Source of the DNA: a virus
Virus record (IMG/VR): IMGVR_UViG_3300008267_000027
Location: 23,175 to 87,174 of that record
Direction: 5' to 3' (one strand)
DNA length: 64,000 nucleotides
Shown here piece after piece: positions 48,354 through 56,829 of this stretch (positions within the stretch are counted from its first letter, which is position 1; each line of letters begins with the position of its first letter). The position numbers and the translations under genes were made by a program. The notes below the pieces were generated by a model that searched no databases, was not told where the DNA came from, and saw only the letters and a list, made by a program, of their open reading frames with translations.

Positions 48354-49409
48354 TTATAAGATCACCCCATCATCTTTTATAAACTGATAAGGTAGTGTAT
48401 AATCTTTGTTTGTGTAATGATAATCTGCAGTGATTAGAACAGAATGTAGTTCTATCATCCATTCTTTCATAGTATCATCACTAACTAAGAAAGAATAAAC
48501 CTGTTGATTTTTATCTACAACAATAAATCTAAACTCAACTTTATAACCATCTTTTATAAGATCAGCATGTTTGTTATTAACTAGTAATACATATATTGCT
48601 GCTTGAAGACTATACTTATAAAACTTAACAGTTTCTGGAAAATCTGCTAGGGTTTTACTAGTAGTCTTAAAATCATTAACTCTAATTGTTTTACTTATGG
48701 GATCTACCACCATGTTGTCAATAATACCCTTTAGTCCAAATTTAAACTTTTTAAGTTCCATTTCCAAAGGTATTTCATTGTAAACATCAGTTGTTTTCCA
48801 CCATTCATCCTCAGCATTTAAACATAGTAAATCAGATATTTGTTTATTAGTCTTTATCTTTTCTACTATGTCTTTACATTTTTGATACATTTCTGAATCA
48901 ACAATTTGCTTACCTCTGCTTTTAAATAAGAAATCCCAATAGATGTTTGCATCAGGTGTATATATCTTAGCAAACCTTTGTTCATCTGTTTTAAGAGACT
49001 GATGAAGATTCATATCTTTAAGTACATCTATAATTGCATTTTGATAATCAGCAAGAGTTTCTCCTCTGTATGGTTCACCTGAGCTATAAAGTTCAAGATG
49101 ATGAGCATAAACTCTATCTACAACAGTTTTAGTATTATCACTAGGCATCTTACCTGTCATTACTATAAACTGTTCATCAAACTTTTTAGGTTCTAAAAGG
49201 AGACAGTGAATCAACCTTCCTTCTGTAAGATAGGACTCATCTTTAATATCCTTTTCACCTAGAATATACTCTCTATAAAATATTTCTGGACAATACAGTA
49301 GTTTATTAAGACTACTATAAGAGAAGTAAAACTTCTTATCATAAAAGAATATCTCTTCTGATTTTATACCGTCTACAAACTGCTGAGGTGTTATTGTTGT
49401 TGTTTTCAT
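48354..49409 (-). CDS. PD-(D/E)xK exonuclease (ExoVIII/Cas4-like)
   Basis: FSYSSL, GRLIHCLLLE, KGIIDN, VNDFKT, YSLQAAIY. Confidence 0.8.
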   Translation of the reverse strand: MKTTTITPQQFVDGIKSEEIFFYDKKFYFSYSSLNKLLYCPEIFYREYILGEKDIKDESYLTEGRLIHCLLLEPKKFDEQFIVMTGKMPSDNTKTVVDRVYAHHLELYSSGEPYRGETLADYQNAIIDVLKDMNLHQSLKTDEQRFAKIYTPDANIYWDFLFKSRGKQIVDSEMYQKCKDIVEKIKTNKQISDLLCLNAEDEWWKTTDVYNEIPLEMELKKFKFGLKGIIDNMVVDPISKTIRVNDFKTTSKTLADFPETVKFYKYSLQAAIYVLLVNNKHADLIKDGYKVEFRFIVVDKNQQVYSFLVSDDTMKEWMIELHSVLITADYHYTNKDYTLPYQFIKDDGVIL

Positions 49410-49708
49410 TATTCCCAGGTTTCTTTAAGTTTTAACATTGCTGCTTCTGATAAGATGATACCAGAAACTTGATTACCACTGATGATGTTATTTTCATCAG
49501 CATACTCTTTATGCTTTTCAACAAATACATTAGCTAAACTTCTCCAGCTATGTTCATCTTCACATCTCCATTTCTTGATATCTTCAGCTCTTCTTTTACC
49601 TAAACTTTTAGCAAGGTCTTTTATATCCTTGTTAATACTTGTTTTCATAACATCTGTATATATAGACTTTATAAGTGGGGTGTCATCTGACTTTTTTTCT
49701 ATTTCCAT
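49409..49708 (-). CDS. Hypothetical protein
   Basis: 99 aa ORF coupled to the nuclease gene. Confidence 0.5.
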   Translation of the reverse strand: MEIEKKSDDTPLIKSIYTDVMKTSINKDIKDLAKSLGKRRAEDIKKWRCEDEHSWRSLANVFVEKHKEYADENNIISGNQVSGIILSEAAMLKLKETWE

Positions 49709-49851
49709 ATTCCAAAGTTTATTAATAATACTCTTATTCTAGTTGCTGTTGACTTATCTGTAGTCATAGCTTCTTCATACTCAAGAAAATCTACAAGAGC
49801 TTTCATTGTAAGCTCTACTTCCATATCATCTTGTTTTACTTCTTCTGCCAT
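49699..49851 (-). CDS. Small hypothetical protein (50 aa, not in ORF track)
   Basis: MAEEVKQDDMEVEL..FGIWK; overlaps both neighbours and fills the gap. Confidence 0.5.
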   Translation of the reverse strand: MAEEVKQDDMEVELTMKALVDFLEYEEAMTTDKSTATRIRVLLINFGIWK

Positions 49852-50039
49852 CTTTTTCTTATTTCTTTCCCAAGATCTACATCATTAGGAAACTGGGTGA
49901 TCAAATTGGTTATTGCATTCTCTGTTCTAATCTCTTTATCTTCTAGAGCATCTGCTATTCTTTTAAGTTGATCAGCTATTTCAGGAAGAGTGTGTTCTAT
50001 AAGTTTTCTACCCATTAGGGTCTCATGTAGTTCTGCCAT
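49836..50039 (-). CDS. Small hypothetical protein
   Basis: 67 aa; ETLMGRKL..LKRIADALE and FPNDVDLGKEIR motifs. Confidence 0.55.
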   Translation of the reverse strand: MAELHETLMGRKLIEHTLPEIADQLKRIADALEDKEIRTENAITNLITQFPNDVDLGKEIRKRWQKK

Positions 50040-50181
50040 CTTCTTTATAAATTTTATCTATTACTTTTTCAAATTCTCTAACATTGCTAAGTCCTATTTT
50101 TTTAATAAGGCTAGTTATGTTAATGGTGGTTTCATCAAAATAAGCTTTTAAAGCTTCCACTTCTTCATTAGTTAGTGTCAT
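50023..50181 (-). CDS. Small hypothetical protein (52 aa, not in ORF track)
   Basis: MTLTNEEVEALK..DGRTT; overlaps both neighbours and fills the gap. Confidence 0.5.
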   Translation of the reverse strand: MTLTNEEVEALKAYFDETTINITSLIKKIGLSNVREFEKVIDKIYKEDGRTT

Positions 50182-50356
50182 CTCTTAAATGTTTAAATTG
50201 TTTCCAGTCTTCTTCTGGTAAATAATTAATTAGATTTTCTATAGGTAGGAACTTAAGGAGTTCTTCTATAGCTTCCACTTCACCACAGTGAATATCTAAC
50301 TCTATTTGTTTATACACTGTTTCTATAAGGTCCTGTTTACTTTTTGGACTTTTCAT
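50168..50356 (-). CDS. Small hypothetical protein
   Basis: Likely start MKSPK overlapping the HNH gene end. Confidence 0.5.
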   Translation of the reverse strand: MKSPKSKQDLIETVYKQIELDIHCGEVEAIEELLKFLPIENLINYLPEEDWKQFKHLRDDTN

Positions 50357-50735
50357 CTTGTGTTTTTTTATTATGGCAAACATTACATAGCACTTGAAGG
50401 TTATCAATTTCGCAAAAAAGTCTTTCAACAAAACCAGGAAGATCTTTAGCACTTCTTAGTGTACCAGCAGGAATAATGTGGTCTACATTAATTTCTTTAT
50501 CAGGAAACCAGTTCTTACATTGATTACACTGATACTCCCACTGCTGTCTTTTATTAGGACCCTTATACTTTCTCTTAGCAGCTTGTTTAGCTTGACCTAT
50601 AGGTTTCCACCATCTAGACTTTTGTCTAAGAGCAGATCTAATAAAACTCCAGAAAGCTGCGTCAGTCATAGTGCCAGCATTTCTAGTCTTAGGTGCTGCA
50701 TTCTTTCTAGGTTTTGATGACTTCTTTTTTGCCAT
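50337..50735 (-). CDS. HNH endonuclease
   Basis: CNQC..VDHIIP..NLQVLCNVCHNKKT. Confidence 0.85.
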   Translation of the reverse strand: MAKKKSSKPRKNAAPKTRNAGTMTDAAFWSFIRSALRQKSRWWKPIGQAKQAAKRKYKGPNKRQQWEYQCNQCKNWFPDKEINVDHIIPAGTLRSAKDLPGFVERLFCEIDNLQVLCNVCHNKKTQDEKSKK

Positions 50736-51709
50736 TAGTTTAGTTTTTTATTAATCAGAGGTATAAGAACACTTAGTGCTTTAGACTGACCATGTGCTTT
50801 TACAGCATCAGCTATGTCTTTTTCCATAGAAAAATACACAAAATCTAAATCATATGTGTCTTTATAAGTCTTCATTGCTTTTATACCTGCCTCATCATTA
50901 TCAAAGATAGTGATTACTTTTTTATACCTTTCTTTTAAATCTTCTATAGTTTCTTTCTTAATAAGAGTGTTTTCTGAGTCTGGTGCAATAACGTCTATTT
51001 TCAAACCTACAGATTTTAATGCAAGAGCATCTTTAAGACTAGAACATATAACTAAGAAGTCATGACCTTCTAGTTGATCAGATCCTTGTAGATAACTACC
51101 AACCTTTATAAACTTATGTTCTTTAACTTTAGGTTGATAAATCTTATATAGAGATCCATCTTTTCTAAAATATCCATACAAAAACAAACCTTTAATTTCT
51201 AGACTCTTTAGTTCACCATCTTCTTCTTTTTCCATCTTATAAGACTCAAGTGGTTTAACATTGTATTTCTCTAATAAACTAGATGGGATACTAAACTGCT
51301 GCCAAAACTTTTTATCTTGAGCACACCATGGTCTTACAACGGTAGATGTAACTTTATATCTACTATGTACTTTAAACTCTGTAAGCTTATGTTCTGTACC
51401 ATTATTTAAAAGCACAAATCTATTATAGTCTTCTACAATTCTTTTAGAAGAGAATTTAAAGTCTTCATTAAATATCTCCTGTACTAATTTTACTGCGCTG
51501 CCACCTTTACCTGTTGAAAAATCTTTAAAGAAATATTTACCATTATAAACAAAGATGCACATGCTAGGCGTCTTGTCTAATGGATTAAATACAGATTTGA
51601 TTTTAACATCTTGACCAGAAAGCTTTTCAGATAGGTTACAATAGTTTTGAAATATCCATGTCTCAGGAACATCTTTAACAGACTGTATAAGATATTTAGT
51701 GGATATCAT
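50735..51709 (-). CDS. DNA primase (TOPRIM)
   Basis: DKTPS..FKDFSTGKGG N-terminal domain; SLKDAL, FDNDEAG, KDIAD TOPRIM motifs. Confidence 0.8.
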   Translation of the reverse strand: MISTKYLIQSVKDVPETWIFQNYCNLSEKLSGQDVKIKSVFNPLDKTPSMCIFVYNGKYFFKDFSTGKGGSAVKLVQEIFNEDFKFSSKRIVEDYNRFVLLNNGTEHKLTEFKVHSRYKVTSTVVRPWCAQDKKFWQQFSIPSSLLEKYNVKPLESYKMEKEEDGELKSLEIKGLFLYGYFRKDGSLYKIYQPKVKEHKFIKVGSYLQGSDQLEGHDFLVICSSLKDALALKSVGLKIDVIAPDSENTLIKKETIEDLKERYKKVITIFDNDEAGIKAMKTYKDTYDLDFVYFSMEKDIADAVKAHGQSKALSVLIPLINKKLN

Positions 51710-51720
51710 AAAATAAAAAT

Positions 51721-51746
51721 AGGGGATGATATTTAAACCATCCCCT
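51721..51746 (-). terminator. Intrinsic terminator
   Basis: AGGGGATG-ATATTTAAAC-CATCCCCT stem; T-rich tail on the minus strand; follows the SSB-like gene. Confidence 0.7.
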
Positions 51747-51764
51747 TATTTAGTAATTAATAGA

Positions 51765-52460
51765 TTACAGATTAAAACCTGATGGTGTCCAACCTTCTGC
51801 TTTAGCTGGAGTACTATCCCATCCACCAGCTTCTACTTTAGTTTCAGACTCTGTTTTATCTTCTACATGAACACTGTAATTAAAAGTAGCCACTCTAGAT
51901 GGTGTGGTTCCTGCTAACTCAAAGTTCTTAAAGTTTTTATCATACTTTGGTAGATGTAAACTAAAGTCTTTATTACCATCATCTTTTAGATATGCAGAAC
52001 CTCCAACACACCAGTAGTAGAACTGATCACCAGATAGAATCTTACCAGCTTGCTTAACAAAGTTCTCAATAGTATCAGCTTCAATACCATTTAATTCATC
52101 TCTTTTACCATTAAGGTTAGCAATCTCAACCAAAGATCTTAAGATTTCCATATCTCTATTTCTTTCTTTACCTGCTTTAGTTTGTCCATTTCTATAAGGA
52201 TAAGCTGAGAATCTCACTTTACCCACTTGACCTTTAGCACGTCCTTTATTTGGATTGTCCTTGTCATACATAAAACCTTCAAAGTCAGGACCTTGATCCT
52301 CACCTTCTAGATGCAATACTAAATAAAAAGCTTCAGCATCACTCTTTAGTGGTTGTAAAGAAATGTCTAAGATTTTAGCTGTAATGTTACCTGGTTTAAT
52401 AGTTTTAGGAGTTTTACCAGAACCTCCTGCGCTTAGTTGGATGTCTTTTGTACTTAACAT
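51765..52460 (-). CDS. Putative single-stranded DNA-binding protein
   Basis: IKPGN.TAKI N-terminus, low-complexity tail ending in FNL, directly downstream of the AAA ATPase; start chosen at MLSTK. Confidence 0.5.
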   Translation of the reverse strand: MLSTKDIQLSAGGSGKTPKTIKPGNITAKILDISLQPLKSDAEAFYLVLHLEGEDQGPDFEGFMYDKDNPNKGRAKGQVGKVRFSAYPYRNGQTKAGKERNRDMEILRSLVEIANLNGKRDELNGIEADTIENFVKQAGKILSGDQFYYWCVGGSAYLKDDGNKDFSLHLPKYDKNFKNFELAGTTPSRVATFNYSVHVEDKTESETKVEAGGWDSTPAKAEGWTPSGFNL

Positions 52461-52485
52461 GTTTTGATAATTAAAATGTGAATTA

Positions 52486-53169
52486 TTAGTTTTCGTATGA
52501 TATAATAGCATCTCTTACTATTTGTAAGTCATTAGGAATCTCAAATCCTGTAAACATACCTCTTGGAGATTTACATGTATTCTCACCATTATTTTGGGTT
52601 TCAAACACATATCTCATTTCTCCATCTTTATTCTTTTTGACTTTACCAAAGAGAACAATAGAATATAAACCTTCTAATGTAAGCTTATCATCTACAAGTT
52701 TGCCTATAGTTTTAGCTTTCACTTTACGTTTACCTTCTAGATCTGTTGATTCTTCTGCATGAGTGAGATAGAAAACCATAAGGTCATCTCTCATCATTAT
52801 AGGAAGTTTTGCAATGTGAGCTAGTGCAGCACCCATCTGAGTAAATTTGTCAAAGCCTTTTTCTGTAGCTCTGCCAAAATACTCAAATGCTGACATGTAT
52901 TGAAAATCATCAATTACTACATTTTTGATTTCTTTACGCTCATTGTTTATAATTTTAAGAACACTCTCTATATCCTTAGGACTACTTACATTAGCACAAT
53001 TACCTTGTTTAGTAATTAGATCAAATGCAGGATACTTAGTCTTCCATCCTTTAAATGGAAGAGGTTTGTTAGCTACATTGATAATGAAACTTTCTTTAGG
53101 ATTTAAAGACTCAATAGAGGTTGATTTACCACAACCTGATTCTGCAATAATTAATACTGACTGTGCCAT
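52486..53169 (-). CDS. AAA-family ATPase (Sak4/AAA_24-like recombination protein)
   Basis: AESGCGKST Walker A, VVIDDFQY Walker B, KSPRGMF..IPNDL. Confidence 0.8.
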   Translation of the reverse strand: MAQSVLIIAESGCGKSTSIESLNPKESFIINVANKPLPFKGWKTKYPAFDLITKQGNCANVSSPKDIESVLKIINNERKEIKNVVIDDFQYMSAFEYFGRATEKGFDKFTQMGAALAHIAKLPIMMRDDLMVFYLTHAEESTDLEGKRKVKAKTIGKLVDDKLTLEGLYSIVLFGKVKKNKDGEMRYVFETQNNGENTCKSPRGMFTGFEIPNDLQIVRDAIISYEN

Positions 53170-53757
53170 TTATAAATTGTTTATTAGATTGTTTAACCAT
53201 TGTTTATTACTTACAGGTTTCTTTAAAAGAAGAGCTGCTAAATCTCTAAGTGTCATCTCAGAGTAGTGTACATCCTCTTGCTCTTTAAAGCTTTCTGTAG
53301 GTTGTTTTTTGTTAAGAATAGTGTCAATACTAACTTTTGGTTTTTTAGGTACAGTCATTTGAACTACTCCTGGTGTTGGTTGACCAGCTACTAGTTCAAG
53401 TTCTGAAACAGGAACTAAATAAGTTTCTGAGTTTTTGTTTCTACTAGGGTCTGCAGGAATAAGCTCATATTCACCATCCTTGTAGTAAGGATTGTGTCTA
53501 AGCTTGTACAATACAGGTTGATCAAACAATGGATAGTTTTCACCATTAGTGAGCTCCATATAGATACCGTCTACATGGTTCATTTCTGATGGAAACATAC
53601 TTACCACCATGTCTTCTCTATGTTTAGGAACATAGGCAAACTTGATGTTAAATGCTGGATCAATCAATCCTAGTTTTTTAAAGTTCTGTTCGTTTCTTTG
53701 CTTGAGAGCACTGAGAGCTACTCCTCTGTCAAGCTTTGTTCGTACTTGTGTCGACAT
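53170..53757 (-). CDS. Hypothetical protein
   Basis: 195 aa ORF between DnaB and AAA genes. Confidence 0.6.
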   Translation of the reverse strand: MSTQVRTKLDRGVALSALKQRNEQNFKKLGLIDPAFNIKFAYVPKHREDMVVSMFPSEMNHVDGIYMELTNGENYPLFDQPVLYKLRHNPYYKDGEYELIPADPSRNKNSETYLVPVSELELVAGQPTPGVVQMTVPKKPKVSIDTILNKKQPTESFKEQEDVHYSEMTLRDLAALLLKKPVSNKQWLNNLINNL

Positions 53758-53775
53758 CGTATGTTGTTTTAATTG

Positions 53776-54711
53776 TTAACTAACTGTTTTAGGTGGTGGG
53801 TCTGTTTCATAAAGTTTCATATGTTCAAAGTCTTCTTCAAAGAAACTAAACTGACCAGCTTGACCATTTCTATTTTTAAGATAGTGTACTACAATATGTT
53901 TAGGTTGCACTTGATATTTCTCAGGACCATACACTCTAAGGTTATACTTAGAAGGTCTGTTAATACCTAATACAATGTCAGCATGTTGTAGCAATGCGTC
54001 ACCCCCATAAATATCAGAGTCAAAGATGTAATTACCATAAGTACCTGGTTTTTGTCTTTCTACTGACTCCACTTCTCTATTAAGCTGAGTGAGTACAATA
54101 AACATAACAGGATGCTTCTTAAGATGGGTCATCATCTTTGCTAGATTGTGTAATGTATCAAACTGATCTTTCTCTGATGAAGATTTAGCAACCAACACTG
54201 AGTGATCTAACGTAACAATAAAAGGCATATTATACCTACCTAGACATTCTTCAATCTTAGATTGAATTTCTTTTACAGTCATAGGTTGATCAATAGTCCA
54301 AATATCTTTACTATTATTTTCTTGTGTATACTTAATCGCAGCAGTTAAATCATCATCTGATAATTCACTACTACAACTAGATAGTTGCTTCATGCTTTTC
54401 TTAATAGCTCCTGAGATTTCTCTCATTGCTATAGTACGAGCAATCATCTCAAACTGAAAATCTAAAACACCAAACTTTTGATCAGGATTTAACTTAAATG
54501 CTTCTCTTGTGATAAGATTAGTAAACATAGTTTTACCTGAACCAGGTCTGCCTCCAATGACAATTATGTTGTTCCATTCTAACCCATCCATAGTCACTTG
54601 ATTAACCTTAGACCATGGAGTTTTTATACTTTTTATTTCACCAGTCTTTCTTTTTGTCATGTAGTCCAAAGCTGACTGGTAAGCTTGACTAATGTGAATC
54701 AGATTTGCCAT
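53776..54711 (-). CDS. dnaB: DnaB-like replicative helicase (motor domain only)
   Basis: GGRPGSGKT, FEM, LDH, LTQLNR, LKNRNG motifs; start chosen at MANL. Confidence 0.88.
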   Translation of the reverse strand: MANLIHISQAYQSALDYMTKRKTGEIKSIKTPWSKVNQVTMDGLEWNNIIVIGGRPGSGKTMFTNLITREAFKLNPDQKFGVLDFQFEMIARTIAMREISGAIKKSMKQLSSCSSELSDDDLTAAIKYTQENNSKDIWTIDQPMTVKEIQSKIEECLGRYNMPFIVTLDHSVLVAKSSSEKDQFDTLHNLAKMMTHLKKHPVMFIVLTQLNREVESVERQKPGTYGNYIFDSDIYGGDALLQHADIVLGINRPSKYNLRVYGPEKYQVQPKHIVVHYLKNRNGQAGQFSFFEEDFEHMKLYETDPPPKTVS

Positions 54712-54712
54712 A

Positions 54713-54901
54713 CTATTTATTATCAATCTTAACAATAGAGCAGGTAAAGATATACATTTTTGCTGACAATAACAACAAAAATTCTAAAATAAAATACCTA
54801 AATACAGATATTTCTATTAGTAATGTATTCACTATAAACCAGGTGACTATTGAAAAACAAATAGATAGTATTAATCTGTGTACCCAATTAGGTATTCTCA
54901 T
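54713..54901 (-). CDS. Small membrane protein
   Basis: 62 aa with two hydrophobic stretches. Confidence 0.5.
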   Translation of the reverse strand: MRIPNWVHRLILSICFSIVTWFIVNTLLIEISVFRYFILEFLLLLSAKMYIFTCSIVKIDNK

Positions 54902-54909
54902 AATAAATA

Positions 54910-55230
54910 CTACTCATAGCTGTCTACGAATTTATTAAGCAGATTTCTCTCCTCTTCTGTTAAAAAATCCTCACTTTCATAGTGAGTTGGTAATTGTAAC
55001 CATTTCTCATCTAACAAATCTCCATCATGCATTTTAACATAAACATGATAGCGATAACCATCTGTCTCTGTAACTTCACTAGAGCACTCTAAGCTTTCGT
55101 CTTGTTCAAGAGCTTTCTCTATAACCATTTTAAGTTTCTCTAGTCCTTCTCTATTGCCTGTGATAAAGATATCATCAGACCAATACTTAGAACCAAAAAC
55201 TTTTAAAATAGAGGGTTTTTGTGTATCCAT
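54910..55230 (-). CDS. Hypothetical protein
   Basis: 106 aa; ITGNREGLEKL..DGYRY. Confidence 0.55.
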   Translation of the reverse strand: MDTQKPSILKVFGSKYWSDDIFITGNREGLEKLKMVIEKALEQDESLECSSEVTETDGYRYHVYVKMHDGDLLDEKWLQLPTHYESEDFLTEEERNLLNKFVDSYE

Positions 55231-55235
55231 AAAAA

Positions 55236-55832
55236 TTAAATTGCACTTGTATAACCACCATCAGGTATTTCTGGTGAGCTGTCTCCATCTAATATCATAT
55301 CGCAATAAGTTGCTAATGTGGATGTAGATGTTTTATCTAAACTACTTTTAAATATAAAATAACCAGATGTCTTCATAAACTTATAACCTTCTGGTTCATA
55401 TTGAGAAACATACTTCTTAGTAGCTTTAAGTATAGTATCCCAATCATATTCATAGTTATTAAAAAACCATATGAATCTTTTTTCTAATTCTTTTATAGGT
55501 GATCTAGAAGGAGAACCTGAAGGTAAGTTGCCTTTAGGAAAAAGTTCTCTATACGCTTCTATATTCTTTTTGTCTAGGTCTGTTAAACCAGTTTTCTTTT
55601 TAATTTTATCGTCATCTACTATTTCATAAGTGCTTTCAAGTTTTACTAAGACATCTTCACCTTTCTTTGTAATTTCTAAGTCATCATTTAAAAAACCATC
55701 TGCTTGTAAAAACCTAGTTTCAAATACTTGATTTATGACATGAGGTTTTTTTCTATTTTTTATACAGTATAAAAGATAGAGTCCATTAGGGGAGATGTTA
55801 AAATCTACCATTTTATTAAATAACTTTATCAT
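55236..55832 (-). CDS. Putative replication initiator / helicase loader
   Basis: Winged-helix-like N-terminus (EITKKG) and YRELFP..ILKATKKY..FMK...YFI C-terminus; upstream of dnaB. Confidence 0.45.
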   Translation of the reverse strand: MIKLFNKMVDFNISPNGLYLLYCIKNRKKPHVINQVFETRFLQADGFLNDDLEITKKGEDVLVKLESTYEIVDDDKIKKKTGLTDLDKKNIEAYRELFPKGNLPSGSPSRSPIKELEKRFIWFFNNYEYDWDTILKATKKYVSQYEPEGYKFMKTSGYFIFKSSLDKTSTSTLATYCDMILDGDSSPEIPDGGYTSAI

Positions 55833-56301
55833 ATTTTTCTTTTAGTTTTTCAATAATATTAACATAAATACACAAATAATTTTGATCATATTTAATCAAA
55901 TCTTCTGCTTTCTTTTCTAAGTGCATTATTGTAGAATGATCTCTATTTAGATAGTTCCCTATTGCAGCAAGTTTAAAACAGAAAGCTCTTGCTATTTTGG
56001 TAAATATAGACCTAGCATCTACAAGTTCTCTCTTTCTACAAGCATTTTTTAAGTCGCCATCTTTTAGTTCATAAGGGTAATTTTGCATAATGATTTGCTC
56101 AATATCTTGTAGATTGACTACTGGATAGTCTTCATCAATATTAATCTTTTCTGTTCCATTAAAGATTTTATGTATATCTGGGTTGCTTAATTGAATTGTA
56201 ATTTTTAAACCAGTTTTATACTTAAAGTCCTTAACAAAGTCTTTTATTAGCTTTTCAGCTAATATGTTTCTGTACTCTAAAGCTGTCATTGTTTTCTTCA
56301 T
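55816..56301 (-). CDS. DnaA C-terminal-type HTH DNA-binding protein
   Basis: RKRELVDARSIF..IGNYLNRDHSTIMH matches the DnaA domain IV signature. Confidence 0.75.
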   Translation of the reverse strand: MKKTMTALEYRNILAEKLIKDFVKDFKYKTGLKITIQLSNPDIHKIFNGTEKINIDEDYPVVNLQDIEQIIMQNYPYELKDGDLKNACRKRELVDARSIFTKIARAFCFKLAAIGNYLNRDHSTIMHLEKKAEDLIKYDQNYLCIYVNIIEKLKEKYDKVI

Positions 56302-56314
56302 AAAATTTAAAGTT

Positions 56315-56347
56315 GGTTATTTATTTGTTTTTTAGTATATTATATTG
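56315..56347 (+). promoter_or_regulatory. Putative phage promoter GGT-N16-AGTATATTATATTG
   Basis: Start of the plus-strand block; shares AGTATATTATATT with 15706 and GGT-N16 spacing with 8952. Confidence 0.5.
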
Positions 56348-56357
56348 TAGATAGTTC

Positions 56358-56481
56358 ATAGTAGAACCTTATAGTGTGCCAGGTTATTAACACCTTTTTA
56401 GCAACTATATTTGATCAGCCTGCCTCTCTCAGGGGTTGTCTTTAAGACAGATCAATAACCTGGTGACACTGGTTCTATTAT
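56358..56481 (+). ncRNA. Candidate structured RNA (long interrupted stem with branched apex)
   Basis: Nested pairings 56358-68/56471-81, 56373-77/56466-70, 56378-88/56454-64, 56413-16/56450-53; mismatches are G-U compatible on the + strand. Confidence 0.55.
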
Positions 56482-56514
56482 ATATTGTATAATTTATAAA
56501 CATGTTTATGTAAG

Positions 56515-56823
56515 ATGAGCGGAACTCCTAACCCAAAAAACTCTATGGCTAATACCATAAAGATATATCTTTTTCCAGCATTAGTTACAATTTTAGCAAC
56601 ACTTATTTGGAGAGATGTTACAGAAATGAGATCTGATATAAAGGCTCTTTTAGCTCAGTCTAACATAGATAAGACTGATATTCAAAATCTTAAAAGAGAT
56701 GTTGATAAGTTAGAACAAGCTGTTTTTCATAAAAAAACAATAGCTCAAAATAGTTTACCCTGGTATATGAATGTTTATTTTAAACCTGAGGAAGAATATG
56801 ATGTTAAGAAGTATTTAAATTAA
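56515..56823 (+). CDS. Single-TM coiled-coil protein (holin/antiholin-like)
   Basis: YLFPALVTILATLIW hydrophobic helix then heptad pattern. Confidence 0.5.
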   Translation: MSGTPNPKNSMANTIKIYLFPALVTILATLIWRDVTEMRSDIKALLAQSNIDKTDIQNLKRDVDKLEQAVFHKKTIAQNSLPWYMNVYFKPEEEYDVKKYLN

Positions 56824-56829
56824 TTAATT

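Noticed and set aside
48354-49409. Cas4-like nuclease as sign of a CRISPR system
   Set aside because: No repeat-spacer array or other cas genes seen; context is phage recombination and replication
50337-50735. HNH gene as a mobile homing element
   Set aside because: Translationally coupled to primase with no intron or flanking repeats; more likely a resident nuclease
41903-54938. Short plus-strand ORFs within the minus-strand replication block
   Set aside because: Antisense shadows of genes with clear catalytic motifs
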